Positions 8,588 through 19,869 of a DNA stretch of 45,004 nucleotides are shown here, piece after piece. Positions within the stretch are counted from its first letter, which is position 1. Every line of letters begins with the position of its first letter. The position numbers were made by a program, and so were the translations under genes. The stretch is taken from positions 1-45,004 of the forward strand of contig CAZZYJ010000002.1 in NCBI GenBank assembly GCA_964658215.1, read 5' to 3'. This DNA comes from an uncultured Steroidobacteraceae bacterium (GTDB taxonomy: Bacteria; Pseudomonadota; Gammaproteobacteria; Steroidobacterales; Steroidobacteraceae). The notes beneath the pieces are model-generated. The model was given only the letters and a program-made list of their open reading frames with translations, searched no databases and was not told the DNA's origin.

Positions 8588-10801
8588 TTAGTGTAGGGGG
8601 CGCACACGCCGAGGTGCATTTTTGATGTCACACTCGATTTGCAGCTGATCGAGCCACTCTTCCGCGGAGAGCTGAGTGTCGAGCGCCAGGCATTGACGTT
8701 TGACCGTTGCAAAGTCTCCAGGGGTCAAGAATTTCATGAGCGTGAGCTTCAGCTGCCATCGCTCTTGCGTGGCGGGCGTCATGGTGGTGATTGTGTCCGT
8801 AAGCCCTGCTTCGCGCAGGAACATGGACCAACGCTGTGCGACGTCGAGTTCGAGGAACTCCATCTTGAAGGTAAAACGGCGCAGCGCCGCGGCATCGAGG
8901 TCTCGAAACAAGTTGGTCGCCATGATCACGATACCATCGAAGCGCTCCATTTTTTGCAACAGTTCGTTGACCCTCGTCACCTCCCAGCCGGCAGTCGCCT
9001 GTTCACGGCTCTGCAAAAAGCTGTCAGCTTCGTCGAGGAACAACGCCCCCTCTTCGGCTGCGGCTTCCTCGAACGCGGCGGCGATATTTTTTTCGTTATC
9101 CCCGACCCATTTGCTCATCAAATCCGAAGCAGTTTTGGCAATCAAGGGAATGGCGAGCTGCTGGCACAAATGCTCGGTGAACTGCGACTTCCCCGTGCCC
9201 GGCGGCCCATAGAGAAGCACCGAACCGCGCGGCCGCTTCTTCAAGCACTTCAAAATGTCTTTTGGCTTAAAGCGCCCGGCGGTGTTCAAGTAGTCGAGGG
9301 AATACGCGGTCACCGAGGCTTTGTGTCTTTCGGTCAGATCGCGCGACAATGCTCTCTGGCTGCGCCTGATCGCTTGAACGACTGCAGCGTCGCGATCTGC
9401 CTTGGAATGGTTTCGCGCGAGGCGTGCGGCCTTCACGGCAGATTCGAGCTGCGCGCTCGACACACCGTCGAGTTTCAGAATCTCGGCGGTGGCCGCCTCG
9501 GATAACTTCAGCTTCTCCACCCGGAGTTGCACCAGACGCGCATGTTCCGCACGATCCGCTTTCTTCAGTGGGGCGTGGAACACAAAGCGAGCAATCGTAT
9601 CTTCCGGCAGGCTGGCGGCATCCGAGGCGAGCCAAATGCCCGGCACGGGATTGGTCGCGAGCAGGTTTTCATCGAACGGCAGCGCGTCCTCCGCACTAAT
9701 TTCCACCCCGAAGAGCGCCCGTAGCATCTGCGAGGGGTGGGTCTGGAGCACATCAGCCGGACGTTCGATGATGAGAACCGCTGGAACCCTCCTGGCCGCG
9801 AGCAACGAAAAGGCGGCGAAGGTCAGGGAGGGCAATACCGCCCGTCCCGGGCTATCGAAGCGGCGGACGCGGAACGCCTGGCGCCCGGACCTGCCAATGA
9901 CATCTTGCAGCAACTGGCGTTTTTCGAGGGATGGCGCACCATAGAAAAGGAGATTCACCCCCGGTTCAGCGTCATTTTTCAATATCTCCGTGGCCAGAAT
10001 GCGATCCTCCTCGAGGAGACGCGCCGGGCGGCCGGAGCCTATTTTGTTATCGAAAGGCTCGAGCAACGAATCAAACACAGACTCGCCCGCCGCGAGCAAG
10101 TCGATCCAAAATTCCGATACCCGGGCGATCTGGACTCGCCGGCCGGCGGCCACCAGCATGCCGCTCAAGCGCAGCGGCGAATTGGGACGCATGGCCTTGC
10201 CGAGTTCCTCAGTATTCGTTTTGAACAGCGCAGTCCACAATATTCCTGCCGTCCAGCGGTTCTCGGCGAGATGCTCGAAAATGCCTGTCAGTTCCTGCGA
10301 CGCGGTGGTTAAAAATGCGAACGCGAGGATGTCCTGCTCCAGGGACGAAAGGCCGAGTATCTGCCCGAGCTGATGCAGCCGCGCGGCGAATGGGGCGATG
10401 GCCTCGCGGGTGTGGGCGGCGATTGCCTCCAGCGCGCCGAGTTTCTCCTGCTCATCTGCTGCGAGGGCACGAAATACCAGCGCATTGTCGGCAACCCATT
10501 CGTGGACCGCATAGCCTTCGAGCAGGAGTTTTGCCTGCTCGGCACTCGCGCGCCCCGAAAAGGTGTGGTTCATTTGCGCGAGCAACTTCATCACCCTATC
10601 AAGCGAGAGCTTTTTTGCCCGCTCGGTTTTCTGGATCGCCTGCACTTCATCCGGCCAATCGAACAGGTCGTTCGCTGCCGCGTACCACGCCGAAAAGGCC
10701 ACCGCGTCACGGCACAGATTATCGGAAAGCTGCGGATGCGCCGCGAGACGTGAGAGCCACACGGCGGCCTGCGGGATGGAAATCTGCAGTTTTGATGACA
10801 T
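8588..10801 (-). CDS. AAA+ ATPase (classical-clade C-terminal AAA module, long uncharacterised N-terminal region)
   Basis: 737 aa from the ATG at 10801. The upstream 76 codons of the track ORF are translations of tRNA-derived DNA and were discarded. Walker A LLYGPPGTGKS, Walker B ALFLDEADSF, and sensor/SRH region IVIMATNLFRDLDAAALRRFTFKMEF. A degenerate earlier P-loop-like stretch is LLFYGAPSLEKRQ. Visibly lower GC than its neighbours. Confidence 0.85.
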   Translation of the reverse strand: MSSKLQISIPQAAVWLSRLAAHPQLSDNLCRDAVAFSAWYAAANDLFDWPDEVQAIQKTERAKKLSLDRVMKLLAQMNHTFSGRASAEQAKLLLEGYAVHEWVADNALVFRALAADEQEKLGALEAIAAHTREAIAPFAARLHQLGQILGLSSLEQDILAFAFLTTASQELTGIFEHLAENRWTAGILWTALFKTNTEELGKAMRPNSPLRLSGMLVAAGRRVQIARVSEFWIDLLAAGESVFDSLLEPFDNKIGSGRPARLLEEDRILATEILKNDAEPGVNLLFYGAPSLEKRQLLQDVIGRSGRQAFRVRRFDSPGRAVLPSLTFAAFSLLAARRVPAVLIIERPADVLQTHPSQMLRALFGVEISAEDALPFDENLLATNPVPGIWLASDAASLPEDTIARFVFHAPLKKADRAEHARLVQLRVEKLKLSEAATAEILKLDGVSSAQLESAVKAARLARNHSKADRDAAVVQAIRRSQRALSRDLTERHKASVTAYSLDYLNTAGRFKPKDILKCLKKRPRGSVLLYGPPGTGKSQFTEHLCQQLAIPLIAKTASDLMSKWVGDNEKNIAAAFEEAAAEEGALFLDEADSFLQSREQATAGWEVTRVNELLQKMERFDGIVIMATNLFRDLDAAALRRFTFKMEFLELDVAQRWSMFLREAGLTDTITTMTPATQERWQLKLTLMKFLTPGDFATVKRQCLALDTQLSAEEWLDQLQIECDIKNAPRRVRPLH

Positions 10802-10809
10802 GAAACGGG

Positions 10810-10840
10810 CCGTGGAAATTATGGTGCCGCAAAGAGGATT
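10810..10840. repeat. 31-bp exact direct repeat, copy 1 (partial copy of the tRNA-Thr 3' end plus its 3' flank)
   Basis: ccgtggaaattatggtgccgcaaagaggatt is identical to 10983-11013. Begins 9 nt from the AAA+ ATPase start codon. Confidence 0.95.
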
Positions 10841-10994
10841 ACTCGGCGCTGCGCGCCTCGCCCCTACGGGGCCGCCCTGCGGGCGATCATCGCCGCTGCG
10901 CGGCGCTGTCGAACCGGCTTGTTGTCTGTCAGGGGTTCGAATAGGCGGCGTCGAACAACCGGCGCCGACAAGCATCGTGTTACCGTGGAAATTA

Positions 10995-11070
<76 letters not shown>

Positions 11071-11094
11071 AGTATCCAGCGAAGGGCCGGTATT

Positions 11095-12075
11095 CTAACC
11101 CGCGGAGCCGTCCGACGAAAGGCTGCCGCCGCGCTTGGCCACGTCGCGCAGGGTTCTGGGCAGGGCGAAGATCACGTGCTCCTCCCGCCCCTTGAGTTCG
11201 TCCACCACCACGCCGCCCCATGCGCGCAACTGGCTGATCACTCCTTGCACCAGCACCTCGGGCGCAGACGCGCCCGCGGTCACGCCCACGGTCTCGGCCG
11301 CGTCGAACCACTCCCGGTGCAGGAACTCCGGCCCGTCGATGAGATAACCCGGGATGTCCGCCTTGTCGGCCATTTCGCGCAGGCGGTTCGAATTCGAACT
11401 CGACTGCGATCCCACCACCACCAGCACGTCACAGCGCCCGATCAAGTCCTTCACGGCGTCCTGACGATTCTGCGTGGCGTAGCAGATATCCTCCTTGACC
11501 GGCGCCTTGAGTCCGGGAAACCGCTGGCGCAGCGCCTGGACGATGTGTGCGGTGTCGTCCACCGAGAGCGTGGTCTGGGTGACGAAGGCGAGATGCTTCG
11601 GATCGCGCACCACCACGTGCGCCACGTCGTCCACGGTCTCGACCAGGTAGATGCTGCCGCCGAGCGACGTGTCGAACTGGCCGATGGTGCCCTCCACTTC
11701 CGGATGCCCGGCATGGCCGATCAGAAACACCTCCCGCGCCTCGCGCGCATAGCGGGTCACCTCCATGTGCACCTTGGTGACCAGGGGACAGGTGGCGTCG
11801 AAGACGTTCAAGGATCGGCGTTTCGCCTCGCCCTGGACCACGCGCGACACGCCGTGGGCGCTGAAGATCACGGTGGCGCCGTCCGGCACTTCGTGCAGCT
11901 CCTCGACGAACACCGCGCCGATGGTGCGCAGACGGTCGACCACGTACTTGTTGTGGACCACCTCGTGGCGCACGTAGATCGGGGCGCCGAACAGGTCGAT
12001 GGCGCGCTCCACGATGTCGATGGCGCGATCGACCCCGGCGCAAAAGCCGCGCGGATTGGCGAGTAATATGTGCAT
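11095..12075 (-). CDS. ispH: 4-hydroxy-3-methylbut-2-enyl diphosphate reductase
   Basis: 326 aa from [19 protein letters not shown]. Conserved Cys-containing motifs (FCAGV, ATCPLV) and HPEV. Canonical position after lspA. Confidence 0.95.
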   Translation of the reverse strand: MHILLANPRGFCAGVDRAIDIVERAIDLFGAPIYVRHEVVHNKYVVDRLRTIGAVFVEELHEVPDGATVIFSAHGVSRVVQGEAKRRSLNVFDATCPLVTKVHMEVTRYAREAREVFLIGHAGHPEVEGTIGQFDTSLGGSIYLVETVDDVAHVVVRDPKHLAFVTQTTLSVDDTAHIVQALRQRFPGLKAPVKEDICYATQNRQDAVKDLIGRCDVLVVVGSQSSSNSNRLREMADKADIPGYLIDGPEFLHREWFDAAETVGVTAGASAPEVLVQGVISQLRAWGGVVVDELKGREEHVIFALPRTLRDVAKRGGSLSSDGSAG

Positions 12076-12590
12076 CAGGTGTTCCGCCTTGATTCGAACA
12101 ATGCATCGAGCAACAAACAGGCCGCGCCGACCGTGATCGCGGCATCGGCCACGTTGAAGGCCGGAAAGTACGCCCGATTCCAGTGAAAGTGTATGAAGTC
12201 GACGACATGCCCGAGATGGATGCGGTCGATCAGGTTGCCGACCGCCCCGCCGAGCACCAGCGCGAGCCCCGCGGCCAGCAGGCGGTGGGCGCCCCGTGGC
12301 AGCCGGCACAACCACGTCGTGATGCCGATGCTCACCGCGACCGCGAGCGTGATGAACAGCCAGCGCTGCCACCCGGATGCCGAAGAGAGAAAACTGAAGG
12401 CCGCGCCCACATTGTGTATGCGCGTGATGTCGAGGACAGGCAGCACGCCGATGAAGTCGAACTCGTCGAAATGGCGGACGATGTAGGCCTTGCTGACCTG
12501 ATCCATCAGCACGATGACGGCCGACAGGCCGAGCCAGTTGGCCGCGCGCGCACGCCGGTCGACGGCCACGACGTTGTCCGGGGCGCTCAT
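12075..12590 (-). CDS. lspA: lipoprotein signal peptidase (signal peptidase II)
   Basis: 171 aa with [24 protein letters not shown] and FNVAD motifs. The start ATG overlaps the ileS stop (ATGA) and the stop overlaps the ispH ATG by 1 nt. Confidence 0.9.
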   Translation of the reverse strand: MSAPDNVVAVDRRARAANWLGLSAVIVLMDQVSKAYIVRHFDEFDFIGVLPVLDITRIHNVGAAFSFLSSASGWQRWLFITLAVAVSIGITTWLCRLPRGAHRLLAAGLALVLGGAVGNLIDRIHLGHVVDFIHFHWNRAYFPAFNVADAAITVGAACLLLDALFESRRNT

Positions 12591-15421
12591 GCGAACAGGC
12601 GCTCCTCGCCGGGCCCCTCGATGTTGCTCACGCAGCGGGTGCACAGTTCGGGGTGCCGCGCATCGACGCCCACGTCCGCACGCAGATGCCAGCAGCGCAC
12701 GCATTTCGGCTGCGCGCTCGGCACCACCTCCATCCAGACGCCCTCGGCACTGGACGGCACGGCGCTGCCCTGGGGCGTGTCGGTGACGACGATACGCGCC
12801 TGGCTGGTGATGAGGAGAAAGCGCAGTTCGTCGCCGAGCGCGCCGAAGCGGGCTGCCTGCGTCGGCGGCACGAACAGCGTCACCTCGGCCTGCAGCGGCG
12901 CACCGATGGCGCCGGCGGTGCGCAGACGCTCGAGATCGCGCCCCACATCGGTCTTGAGCGCGATGAACGCCGGCCAATCGATGTCCGGCTCGCGCACGGC
13001 GTCCGCCGGGAATTCATGCCAGGTCTCCAGGAAAACCGACTCGCCACGCGGGCCCGGCATGAAGCTCCAGGCTTCCTCCGCCGTGAAACTCAAGATGGGG
13101 GCGAGCCACCGCACCATGGCCTCGGCGACGTGATGCATGGCCGTCTGCGCGGAACGTCGGGGGCCGCTCTGCGCACCGCACGTGTACAGGCGATCCTTGA
13201 TGATGTCGAGATAAAACCCGCCGAGCTCGACCACGCAGAAATTGTGGATGCGCTGGTAGATGTCGTGGAATTCGTAGTTGCGGTACGCGGTGAGCAGCTC
13301 GTTCTGCAGGGAGAACGCCTTGGCGATGGCCCAGCGATCGATCGCCACGAGCTCGTTCCACGGCATGAGATGCTGCGCGGGATCGAAGCCGTGCAGATTA
13401 CCGAGCAGGAAGCGCAGCGTGTTGCGCATGCGCCGGTAGGAATCGGCGGTACGTTTGAGGATTTCGTCCGAAACGCTGATCTCGTTCGAGTAATCGGTGG
13501 CGGCGACCCACAGGCGCAGCACGTCGGCGCCGAGGGTGCTGGTCAGCTTCTGCGGCACCAGCACGTTGCCGATGGATTTCGACATCTTGCGGCCCTTTTC
13601 GTCCACCGTGAAGCCATGGGTGAGCACCGCGCGGTAGGGCGCCCGGCCATGCATGGCCACCGACGTGAGCAGCGAGCTGTGAAACCAGCCGCGATGCTGA
13701 TCCGACCCCTCGAGGTACAGATCCGACGGGGCGGAAATTTCCGGCCGCATTTGCGCCACGCAATGATGCACCATCCCCGAATCGAACCACACGTCCATCA
13801 CGTCCGTGGCCTTGTCGTAGCGGCCCGCCTCCTCGCCCAGCAACTCAGCCGGGTCCAGGTCGAACCAGGCATCGATGCCCCCGTGCTCGACACGCGCCGC
13901 GACCTCTTCGATCAGTTGCGCCGTGCGCGGATGCAGCTCCCCCGAGCTTTTGTCGACGAACAGGGGCAGCGGCACCCCCCAGGTCCGCTGACGCGACACG
14001 CACCAGTCCGGACGCCCCGCGATCATGCCGCTGATGCGTTGCTCGCCCCAGCCCGGCATCCAGTCGACATGCGTGATGGCTTCGAGGGCGCCCTTGCGCA
14101 AACCCGCCTGATCCATGCTGATGAACCACTGCGGCGTCGCGCGGAAGATCACCGGCGTCTTGTGACGCCAGCAATGCGGATACGAATGGAAATGGGGCTC
14201 GCCCTTCAGCAGGCGATCGTGTTCGACCAGCACTTCGATGACATGCGCATTCGCCTCGAACACCTGCTCGCCGGCGAACAGCGGCGTGCCCGGCAGAAAA
14301 CGGCCGTCGCCCCCCACCGGGTTGTCGATCTCGAGGTTGTAGCGACGGCCCACGATGTAGTCGTCCAGGCCGTGTCCGGGCGCGGTGTGCACGGCCCCGG
14401 TGCCGGCATCCAGGGTCACGTGATCGCCCAGGATCACCGGCACGCGACGCTCCAGGAACGGATGCTGCAGCAGGAGGTATTCGAGCGTCGCGCCCGTGAC
14501 CTCCGCGAGCGTGGTCCACGATGACACGTTCAATTTGGCCATGACGCTCGCGGCCAGCTTGCTCGCCAGCAGCAGCCGCTCGCGCCGGGCGGCGAGATCG
14601 AACTCGATCAGGGAATAATCGAATTGCGGGTGCACCGCGACGGCGCGGTTGGCAGGCAGCGTCCAGGGAGTGGTGGTCCAGATGGCGAGCGACGTCGGCA
14701 CGTCGTGGTCGAGCAGCACGTCGTCGGGCATGTCCCCCATGCCCAGTCGCTGCGCCAGATCACCCCGGTCGGCCACCTCGAAACGCACGTAGACGCTCGG
14801 CGAGGTCTTGTCCTCGTACTCGACTTCCGCCTCCGCCAGCGCCGAACGGCAGTTGAGGCACCAATGCACGGGTTTGAAGCCCTTGTACACGTGGCCGTTC
14901 TTGATGATGGTGGCGAAACCCCGCAGTTGCTCGGCCTCGAACCGCGGCTGCATGGTCAGGTACGGATGCGCCCAATCGGCGAACACCCCCAGCCGCTTGA
15001 AATCGCCGCGTTGGGCGTCGACCTGCTGGTACGCGTAGGCCCGGCACGCTTCCCGGAAAGCCCTGGCATCGATCTTCTGGCCCACCCGGCCGTGGGTCTT
15101 CTCGACCTGCATCTCGATGGGCAGCCCGTGGCAGTCCCAGCCGGGGACGTAGGGGGCATCGTAGCCATCGAGCGTGCGCGACTTGACGATGATGTCTTTG
15201 AGTATCTTGTTGACGGCATGGCCCAGGTGAATGGCGCCGTTGGCATAGGGGGGACCGTCGGTGAGCACGAAGGGGGGGCGACCCCTCGCCCAGGCGCGGA
15301 TCTTGCCGTAGAGATCGTCGCGTTCCCACCGGGCGAGCATGGCGGGTTCCCGATTGGCGAGGTCGGCCTTCATGGCGAAGCCGGTATTCGGCAAATTGAT
15401 CGTCATTTTGTAATCAGCCAC
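12587..15421 (-). CDS. ileS: isoleucine--tRNA ligase
   Basis: GTG start at 15421 gives [11 protein letters not shown], aligning with E. coli MSDYKSTLNLP; an alternative ATG is at 15406. HIGH-type motif [17 protein letters not shown], and C-terminal Zn-finger cysteines (CxRC...CxRC). Confidence 0.95.
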   Translation of the reverse strand: MADYKMTINLPNTGFAMKADLANREPAMLARWERDDLYGKIRAWARGRPPFVLTDGPPYANGAIHLGHAVNKILKDIIVKSRTLDGYDAPYVPGWDCHGLPIEMQVEKTHGRVGQKIDARAFREACRAYAYQQVDAQRGDFKRLGVFADWAHPYLTMQPRFEAEQLRGFATIIKNGHVYKGFKPVHWCLNCRSALAEAEVEYEDKTSPSVYVRFEVADRGDLAQRLGMGDMPDDVLLDHDVPTSLAIWTTTPWTLPANRAVAVHPQFDYSLIEFDLAARRERLLLASKLAASVMAKLNVSSWTTLAEVTGATLEYLLLQHPFLERRVPVILGDHVTLDAGTGAVHTAPGHGLDDYIVGRRYNLEIDNPVGGDGRFLPGTPLFAGEQVFEANAHVIEVLVEHDRLLKGEPHFHSYPHCWRHKTPVIFRATPQWFISMDQAGLRKGALEAITHVDWMPGWGEQRISGMIAGRPDWCVSRQRTWGVPLPLFVDKSSGELHPRTAQLIEEVAARVEHGGIDAWFDLDPAELLGEEAGRYDKATDVMDVWFDSGMVHHCVAQMRPEISAPSDLYLEGSDQHRGWFHSSLLTSVAMHGRAPYRAVLTHGFTVDEKGRKMSKSIGNVLVPQKLTSTLGADVLRLWVAATDYSNEISVSDEILKRTADSYRRMRNTLRFLLGNLHGFDPAQHLMPWNELVAIDRWAIAKAFSLQNELLTAYRNYEFHDIYQRIHNFCVVELGGFYLDIIKDRLYTCGAQSGPRRSAQTAMHHVAEAMVRWLAPILSFTAEEAWSFMPGPRGESVFLETWHEFPADAVREPDIDWPAFIALKTDVGRDLERLRTAGAIGAPLQAEVTLFVPPTQAARFGALGDELRFLLITSQARIVVTDTPQGSAVPSSAEGVWMEVVPSAQPKCVRCWHLRADVGVDARHPELCTRCVSNIEGPGEERLFA

Positions 15422-16367
15422 TGTCCACCCTCGACAAGACCTCGCGTGCCTGCTCGGCATCGGTCTTCATTTGCACCACCATCTCGTCCAACGAATCGAA
15501 TTTCAGTTCGCCGCGCAGTTTCGAGATGAACTCGACTTCGAGAGGCCTGGCGTACAGGTCACCCTCGAAGTCGAAGACATGAACCTCGAGCAACGGCTCC
15601 ACGCCGTTGACGGTGGGGCGCGTGCCCAGACTCGCCACCCCGTTCAAAGGTCCCTCCTCGATGCCGTGGACGCGCACCGCGAGGATGCCCCACAGCGGCG
15701 ACTTGCGGCGCATCAAACGCAGGTTGGCGGTGGGAAATCCCAACGTGCGACCCAGTTTTTCGCCATGCACCACGCGACCCATCATCCGATAGCGGCGGCC
15801 GAGGAGCCGCGCCGCGCCGTCGAGGTCGCCGCGTTCGAGATGCGTGCGTACGGACGTGCTGCTCACCCGCAGGCCGTCCATGACGAATGGCGCCATCTGT
15901 TCGACGCCGAAACCGTGGGCGTCGCCGGCGGCCCTGAGACTCGCGATGGTGCCCTCTGCGCGGCTGCCGTAGCGAAAATCATCGCCCACCACCAAATGCC
16001 GCGTGCGCAGGCCCGCAACGATCAATTCCTCCACGAAATCGCCCGGCGACATGCTGCGCATGTGCTGGTCGAAGCGCAAGGTCACCACGCTCTGCACCCC
16101 CAGCGAGTCGAGCGCGAGAAACTTCTCCCGCCAGCGGGTCAGGCGGGCCGGCGCGCCCACCGGATCGATGAATTCCCGGGAGCTCGGCTCGAAGATGAGG
16201 ACCGTGGAAGTGCAGTCCAGTTCCGCGGCGCGCTGCTTGACGAGGTCGATCACGCGCTGATGACCGCGATGCACGCCGTCGTAATTGCCCACCGTCAGAA
16301 CGCAGCCCCGGTCACGGCCGGCATCGGTCGAACGGGAAAAATTGTGTAAACCTCGCACTAGTTCCAT
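15414..16367 (-). CDS. ribF: bifunctional riboflavin kinase / FAD synthetase
   Basis: 317 aa with [16 protein letters not shown] and a C-terminal riboflavin kinase region. Canonical ribF-ileS linkage. Confidence 0.95.
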   Translation of the reverse strand: MELVRGLHNFSRSTDAGRDRGCVLTVGNYDGVHRGHQRVIDLVKQRAAELDCTSTVLIFEPSSREFIDPVGAPARLTRWREKFLALDSLGVQSVVTLRFDQHMRSMSPGDFVEELIVAGLRTRHLVVGDDFRYGSRAEGTIASLRAAGDAHGFGVEQMAPFVMDGLRVSSTSVRTHLERGDLDGAARLLGRRYRMMGRVVHGEKLGRTLGFPTANLRLMRRKSPLWGILAVRVHGIEEGPLNGVASLGTRPTVNGVEPLLEVHVFDFEGDLYARPLEVEFISKLRGELKFDSLDEMVVQMKTDAEQAREVLSRVDSG

Positions 16368-16429
16368 GGCGAAAACCGGGGATTATACTCAACTTTCAAA
16401 GTGGGCCCACAGCCGATTTCCGCATATCA

Positions 16430-16458
16430 TTGACAAGGGCGCCCCGCGTCCTCAAACT
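16430..16458 (+). promoter_or_regulatory. candidate sigma70 promoter of rpsT
   Basis: Perfect TTGACA (16430-16435), a 17-nt spacer, then CAAACT (16453-16458). Followed by SD AAGGAG (16472-16477) and the TTG start. Confidence 0.35.
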
Positions 16459-16484
16459 AAGCGGCTATCTTAAGGAGTCTTGCT

Positions 16485-16751
16485 TTGGCGAACACGAAAT
16501 CTGCTGAAAAAGCCGCCCGACAATCTACCGTGCATCGGGCACGCAACGATGCGCTCACGTCGCAACTGCGAAGCGCCATACGCAAGGCCACGCAGGCGGT
16601 GAAGGCCGGCAAGCAGGACGATGCGCAGGCCGCCCTGGATAATGCCACCCCCGTCATCGACAGCATGGTGAACAAAGGCATCATTCACCGCAACAAGGCT
16701 GCGCGGCACAAGAGCCGGCTCACCAAGCAGGTGCGGGCGTTGGCGAAGTAG
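16485..16751 (+). CDS. rpsT: 30S ribosomal protein S20
   Basis: 88 aa, MANTKSAEKAARQS.... Uses a TTG start as E. coli rpsT does, with a strong SD 7 nt upstream. Confidence 0.95.
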   Translation: MANTKSAEKAARQSTVHRARNDALTSQLRSAIRKATQAVKAGKQDDAQAALDNATPVIDSMVNKGIIHRNKAARHKSRLTKQVRALAK

Positions 16752-16797
16752 ACCGCGACCTCCCACCACGACGCGTCGACCCATCGGCACGTAGATG

Positions 16798-16822
16798 AAA
16801 ACCGGCCTCGCGCCGGTTTTTT
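16798..16822. terminator. bidirectional Rho-independent terminator (rpsT / obgE convergent ends)
   Basis: AAAACCGGC-ctcgc-GCCGGTTTT stem with an A4 tract on one side and a T6 tract on the other. Confidence 0.7.
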
Positions 16823-16834
16823 ATCGTCCCGCGG

Positions 16835-17917
16835 TCACTCGCCGTGCTGCCATTGCACGACCTGGCCCTCCGCCGCGTCGCCCGGCTCGACCCCGCCCTT
16901 CGCACGCGGATGCTCCTCCAGATAGTGCATCACCGCGTACTTCAGTTCCTCGGTGCCTGCGCCGGTGGCGCCCGAGATCTGGAACACGGGACCCTTCCAG
17001 CGCAGGCGCCGCACGATGTCCCGGGTACGGCGCGCCGCCTCCTTGGGCTCCAGCAGATCGATCTTGTTGATCACCAGCCAGCGTTCCTTGGCGGCGAGAT
17101 CGGCGGCGAATTTCTTGAGTTCGGACGCGATCGTGCGGGCGTCCTTGACCGGATCGGCGGCGGGGTCCGCGGGCTCGACGTCGATGAGGTGCAGGAGCAC
17201 CCGGGTCCGCTGCAGATGCTTCAAGAAGCGGATGCCGAGTCCGGCGCCGTCCGCCGCGCCCTCGATCAAGCCCGGGATGTCCGCCATCAGGAAGCTGCGG
17301 CCGGGACCTGCGGCGACCACGCCGAGATTCGGATGCAGCGTGGTGAAGGGATAGTCCGCCACCTTTGGGCGCGCCGCGGAGACCGCACGAATCAACGTCG
17401 ACTTCCCTGCGTTCGGCAGGCCCAGCAATCCCACGTCGGCGATGAGCTTCAATTCCAGCTTCAGATCGCGCTTCTCGCCGGGCAGACCGAGGCCCGCCTT
17501 ACGGGGGGTGCGGTTGGTGCTGGACTTGAAGCGCGTGTTGCCCCAGCCGCCCTTGCCGCCCTTGGCCACCAGCAGCGTCTGTCCCTCGGCAATCAGGTCC
17601 CCCAGCAGCTCGCCGGTTTCCATATCCGCGATCACCGTGCCCACGGGGATCGGCACGTAGCAATCGTCGCCCCCGTGCCCTGTGCAGTCGTTGCCGCTGC
17701 CGCCTTCGCCGTTCTCGCCGCGGTAGGTCCGTGATATGCGAAAGTCGGCCAGGGTGTTCATACCCTCGACGGCCTTCAGGTACACGCTGCCACCCAGACC
17801 GCCGTCGCCGCCGTCCGGGCCGCCGAAGGGCGCGGATTTTTCGCGGCGGAAACCCACGCAACCGCGGCCACCGTTTCCGGCTTGCACTTTGAGCTTGGCT
17901 TCGTCGACGAATTTCAT
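16835..17917 (-). CDS. obgE: GTPase ObgE/CgtA
   Basis: 360 aa. [27 protein letters not shown] with a glycine-rich Obg fold. G1 [10 protein letters not shown]3 DIPGLIEGA and G4 NKID. Confidence 0.95.
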   Translation of the reverse strand: MKFVDEAKLKVQAGNGGRGCVGFRREKSAPFGGPDGGDGGLGGSVYLKAVEGMNTLADFRISRTYRGENGEGGSGNDCTGHGGDDCYVPIPVGTVIADMETGELLGDLIAEGQTLLVAKGGKGGWGNTRFKSSTNRTPRKAGLGLPGEKRDLKLELKLIADVGLLGLPNAGKSTLIRAVSAARPKVADYPFTTLHPNLGVVAAGPGRSFLMADIPGLIEGAADGAGLGIRFLKHLQRTRVLLHLIDVEPADPAADPVKDARTIASELKKFAADLAAKERWLVINKIDLLEPKEAARRTRDIVRRLRWKGPVFQISGATGAGTEELKYAVMHYLEEHPRAKGGVEPGDAAEGQVVQWQHGE

Positions 17918-17935
17918 TGTATGAGGGCGGTTGAA

Positions 17936-17967
17936 ACTAAAAGGGGGACAGGATCGGCCTGTCCCCC
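17936..17967 (-). terminator. Rho-independent terminator/attenuator between rpmA and obgE
   Basis: Perfect 10-bp stem GGGGGACAGG (17943-17952) / CCTGTCCCCC (17958-17967) with a 5-nt loop. On the minus strand it is followed by TTTTAGTTTC. Confidence 0.6.
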
Positions 17968-18009
17968 TGGAGGTACGACATGCAGGCTGCTGCGCCCGCC
18001 GGAGCTGGA

Positions 18010-18267
18010 TTACTTCGCGACGACCGAGACGTACGTGTGCTGCTCCTTGCCCTTCACCGAAAATTGCACGATGCCGTGGGCTTTGGCGAACAGGGTATGG
18101 TCCGTACCGATGCCGACGTTCACGCCGGGGCGATAGACGGTGCCGCGTTGGCGGATGAGGATGTTCCCCGCGAGCACGTTCTCGCCGCCGAACTTCTTGA
18201 GGCCGAGCCGCTTGGAATGGGAGTCGCGGCCGTTACGAGTGCTGCCGCCTGCTTTTTTGTGTGCCAT
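18010..18267 (-). CDS. rpmA: 50S ribosomal protein L27
   Basis: 85 aa, [16 protein letters not shown].... Confidence 0.97.
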   Translation of the reverse strand: MAHKKAGGSTRNGRDSHSKRLGLKKFGGENVLAGNILIRQRGTVYRPGVNVGIGTDHTLFAKAHGIVQFSVKGKEQHTYVSVVAK

Positions 18268-18282
18268 GAATGAGTTCCTGGA

Positions 18283-18594
18283 TTACGCCACGATGGAGGT
18301 GATTTTCACGTCCGTGTAGGGCTGACGATGCGTGCCCTGCCGCAGGTAATGCTTGCGGCGGCGAAACTTGACGATGCGAACCTTGTCGCCCTTGCCATGG
18401 CTTTCCACCGTGGCCGTGACCTTTGCGGAGCCCACGTACGGGGCGCCGATGGTGACCGAAGCACCGGCACCGACGAGCAACACCTGGTCGAATTCCACAC
18501 TGGAGCCCTGGACCGCATCGAGTTTCTCGATACGAACCACGGCACCTTCCTGAACGCGGTACTGTTTACCGCCCGTGGCAATCACGGCATACAT
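18283..18594 (-). CDS. rplU: 50S ribosomal protein L21
   Basis: 103 aa, [17 protein letters not shown].... Confidence 0.97.
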   Translation of the reverse strand: MYAVIATGGKQYRVQEGAVVRIEKLDAVQGSSVEFDQVLLVGAGASVTIGAPYVGSAKVTATVESHGKGDKVRIVKFRRRKHYLRQGTHRQPYTDVKITSIVA

Positions 18595-18742
18595 CGTTGA
18601 ACTCCTAAAGGCTGCGGGTGCGCGAAATAGCCGCTAAGTGTACGGCGCAGCAGGCTCCGGGTCAAACCACGCCGGAATGGTCGTGTGGCAGCCCCGGGGC
18701 AGCCCATTCTTCGGTACCATGCCGGTATTCCCTTGGGCGCCT

Positions 18743-19711
18743 ATGACACTAGAACAGATTCGGGACTTGGTTACCGCTGATTTCAAGGCCGTAGATCGGG
18801 TCATCAAACGCCGTTTGCACAGCCAGGTCGCCCTGGTCGATCAAGTGGCCACCTACATCATTTACTCGGGTGGCAAGCGATTGCGGCCTTTGCTGGTGCT
18901 GTTGGCCGCCAAGGCGTGCGGGCACGATCGCGAAGACCATGTCGATGCCGCGGCCATCGTCGAATTCATCCATACCGCCACCCTGCTGCACGACGACGTG
19001 GTGGACGGCTCCTCGCTGCGCCGCGGCCGCGAGACGGCCAACGAGGTGTTCGGCAACGCGGCAAGCGTGCTGGTGGGCGATTTTTTGTATTCCCGCGCGT
19101 TCCAGATGATGGTGACGCTCGATCGCATGGCCATCATGCGCATCGTTGCCGATGCCACCAACGCCATCGCGGAAGGCGAAGTGCTGCAGCTGATGAACGC
19201 GCATGATCCGAACACCACCGAGGCACGCTATATCGACGTGATCCAGAGGAAGACGGCGCGTCTGTTCGAGGCCGGCGCGCAGATCGGGGCGGTGTTGAGC
19301 GACGCGCCACCGCCGATCGAGCAGTCGCTGGCCCGCTACGGAAAACACATTGGCACCGCCTTCCAGCTGGTCGACGATGCCCTGGATTACCAGTCGGACG
19401 AGGCCAGCCTGGGCAAACACCTGGGTGACGACCTCGCCGAGGGCAAGCCCACGCTGCCCCTGATCTATGCCATGCAACACGGCAGCGACGCCCAGCGCGA
19501 GATGATCCGCCATGCCATCGAAAAGGGCGGCCTGGACCAGCTCGCGGAAATCACACGCGCCGTTGCAAGCCTGGGGGGGCTTGCGTACACTGCGCGACTC
19601 GCTCAACGCGAGGCAGATCAGGCGCTTGCTGCGCTGGCTCCCCTTCCAGAGACCGTGTTCAAAGAAGGTTTGAGCGAACTGGCGAGGTTCGCGGTAGCAC
19701 GCAAGCACTGA
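18743..19711 (+). CDS. ispB: octaprenyl (all-trans polyprenyl) diphosphate synthase
   Basis: 322 aa from the ATG at 18743 (MTLEQIRDLV..., aligning with E. coli IspB). DDxxD motifs LLHDDVVD and QLVDDALD. Divergent from rplU as in E. coli. Confidence 0.9.
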   Translation: MTLEQIRDLVTADFKAVDRVIKRRLHSQVALVDQVATYIIYSGGKRLRPLLVLLAAKACGHDREDHVDAAAIVEFIHTATLLHDDVVDGSSLRRGRETANEVFGNAASVLVGDFLYSRAFQMMVTLDRMAIMRIVADATNAIAEGEVLQLMNAHDPNTTEARYIDVIQRKTARLFEAGAQIGAVLSDAPPPIEQSLARYGKHIGTAFQLVDDALDYQSDEASLGKHLGDDLAEGKPTLPLIYAMQHGSDAQREMIRHAIEKGGLDQLAEITRAVASLGGLAYTARLAQREADQALAALAPLPETVFKEGLSELARFAVARKH

Positions 19712-19726
19712 TCGGCGGCCGGACAT

Positions 19727-19803
<77 letters not shown>

Positions 19804-19869
19804 ATCGAAACGACATCTGCGCGACGGTGCCATCATCCAGCGGCGCCATAGGGAACCTCCAGGTCGGCG

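Noticed and set aside
10870-10960. A second tRNA or tRNA pseudogene on the plus strand in the spacer between the 31-bp repeats.
   Set aside because: Only the 15-nt T-arm fragment matches. No complementary T-stem or acceptor stem can be drawn (AGGGG-TTCGAAT-AGGCG does not pair).
11095-12075. ispH as part of a hopanoid or isoprenoid accessory cluster.
   Set aside because: It sits in the canonical ribF-ileS-lspA-ispH housekeeping arrangement known from E. coli, 20 kb from the hpn genes. Its presence is not evidence for an extended hopanoid locus.
16393-16405. Palindrome aACTTTcAAAGTg upstream of ribF/rpsT as a third copy of the CTTTG/CAAAG operator.
   Set aside because: The arms are the same but the spacing differs (1 nt versus 5 nt), so a dimeric regulator would not bind it equivalently. 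It was treated as coincidental.
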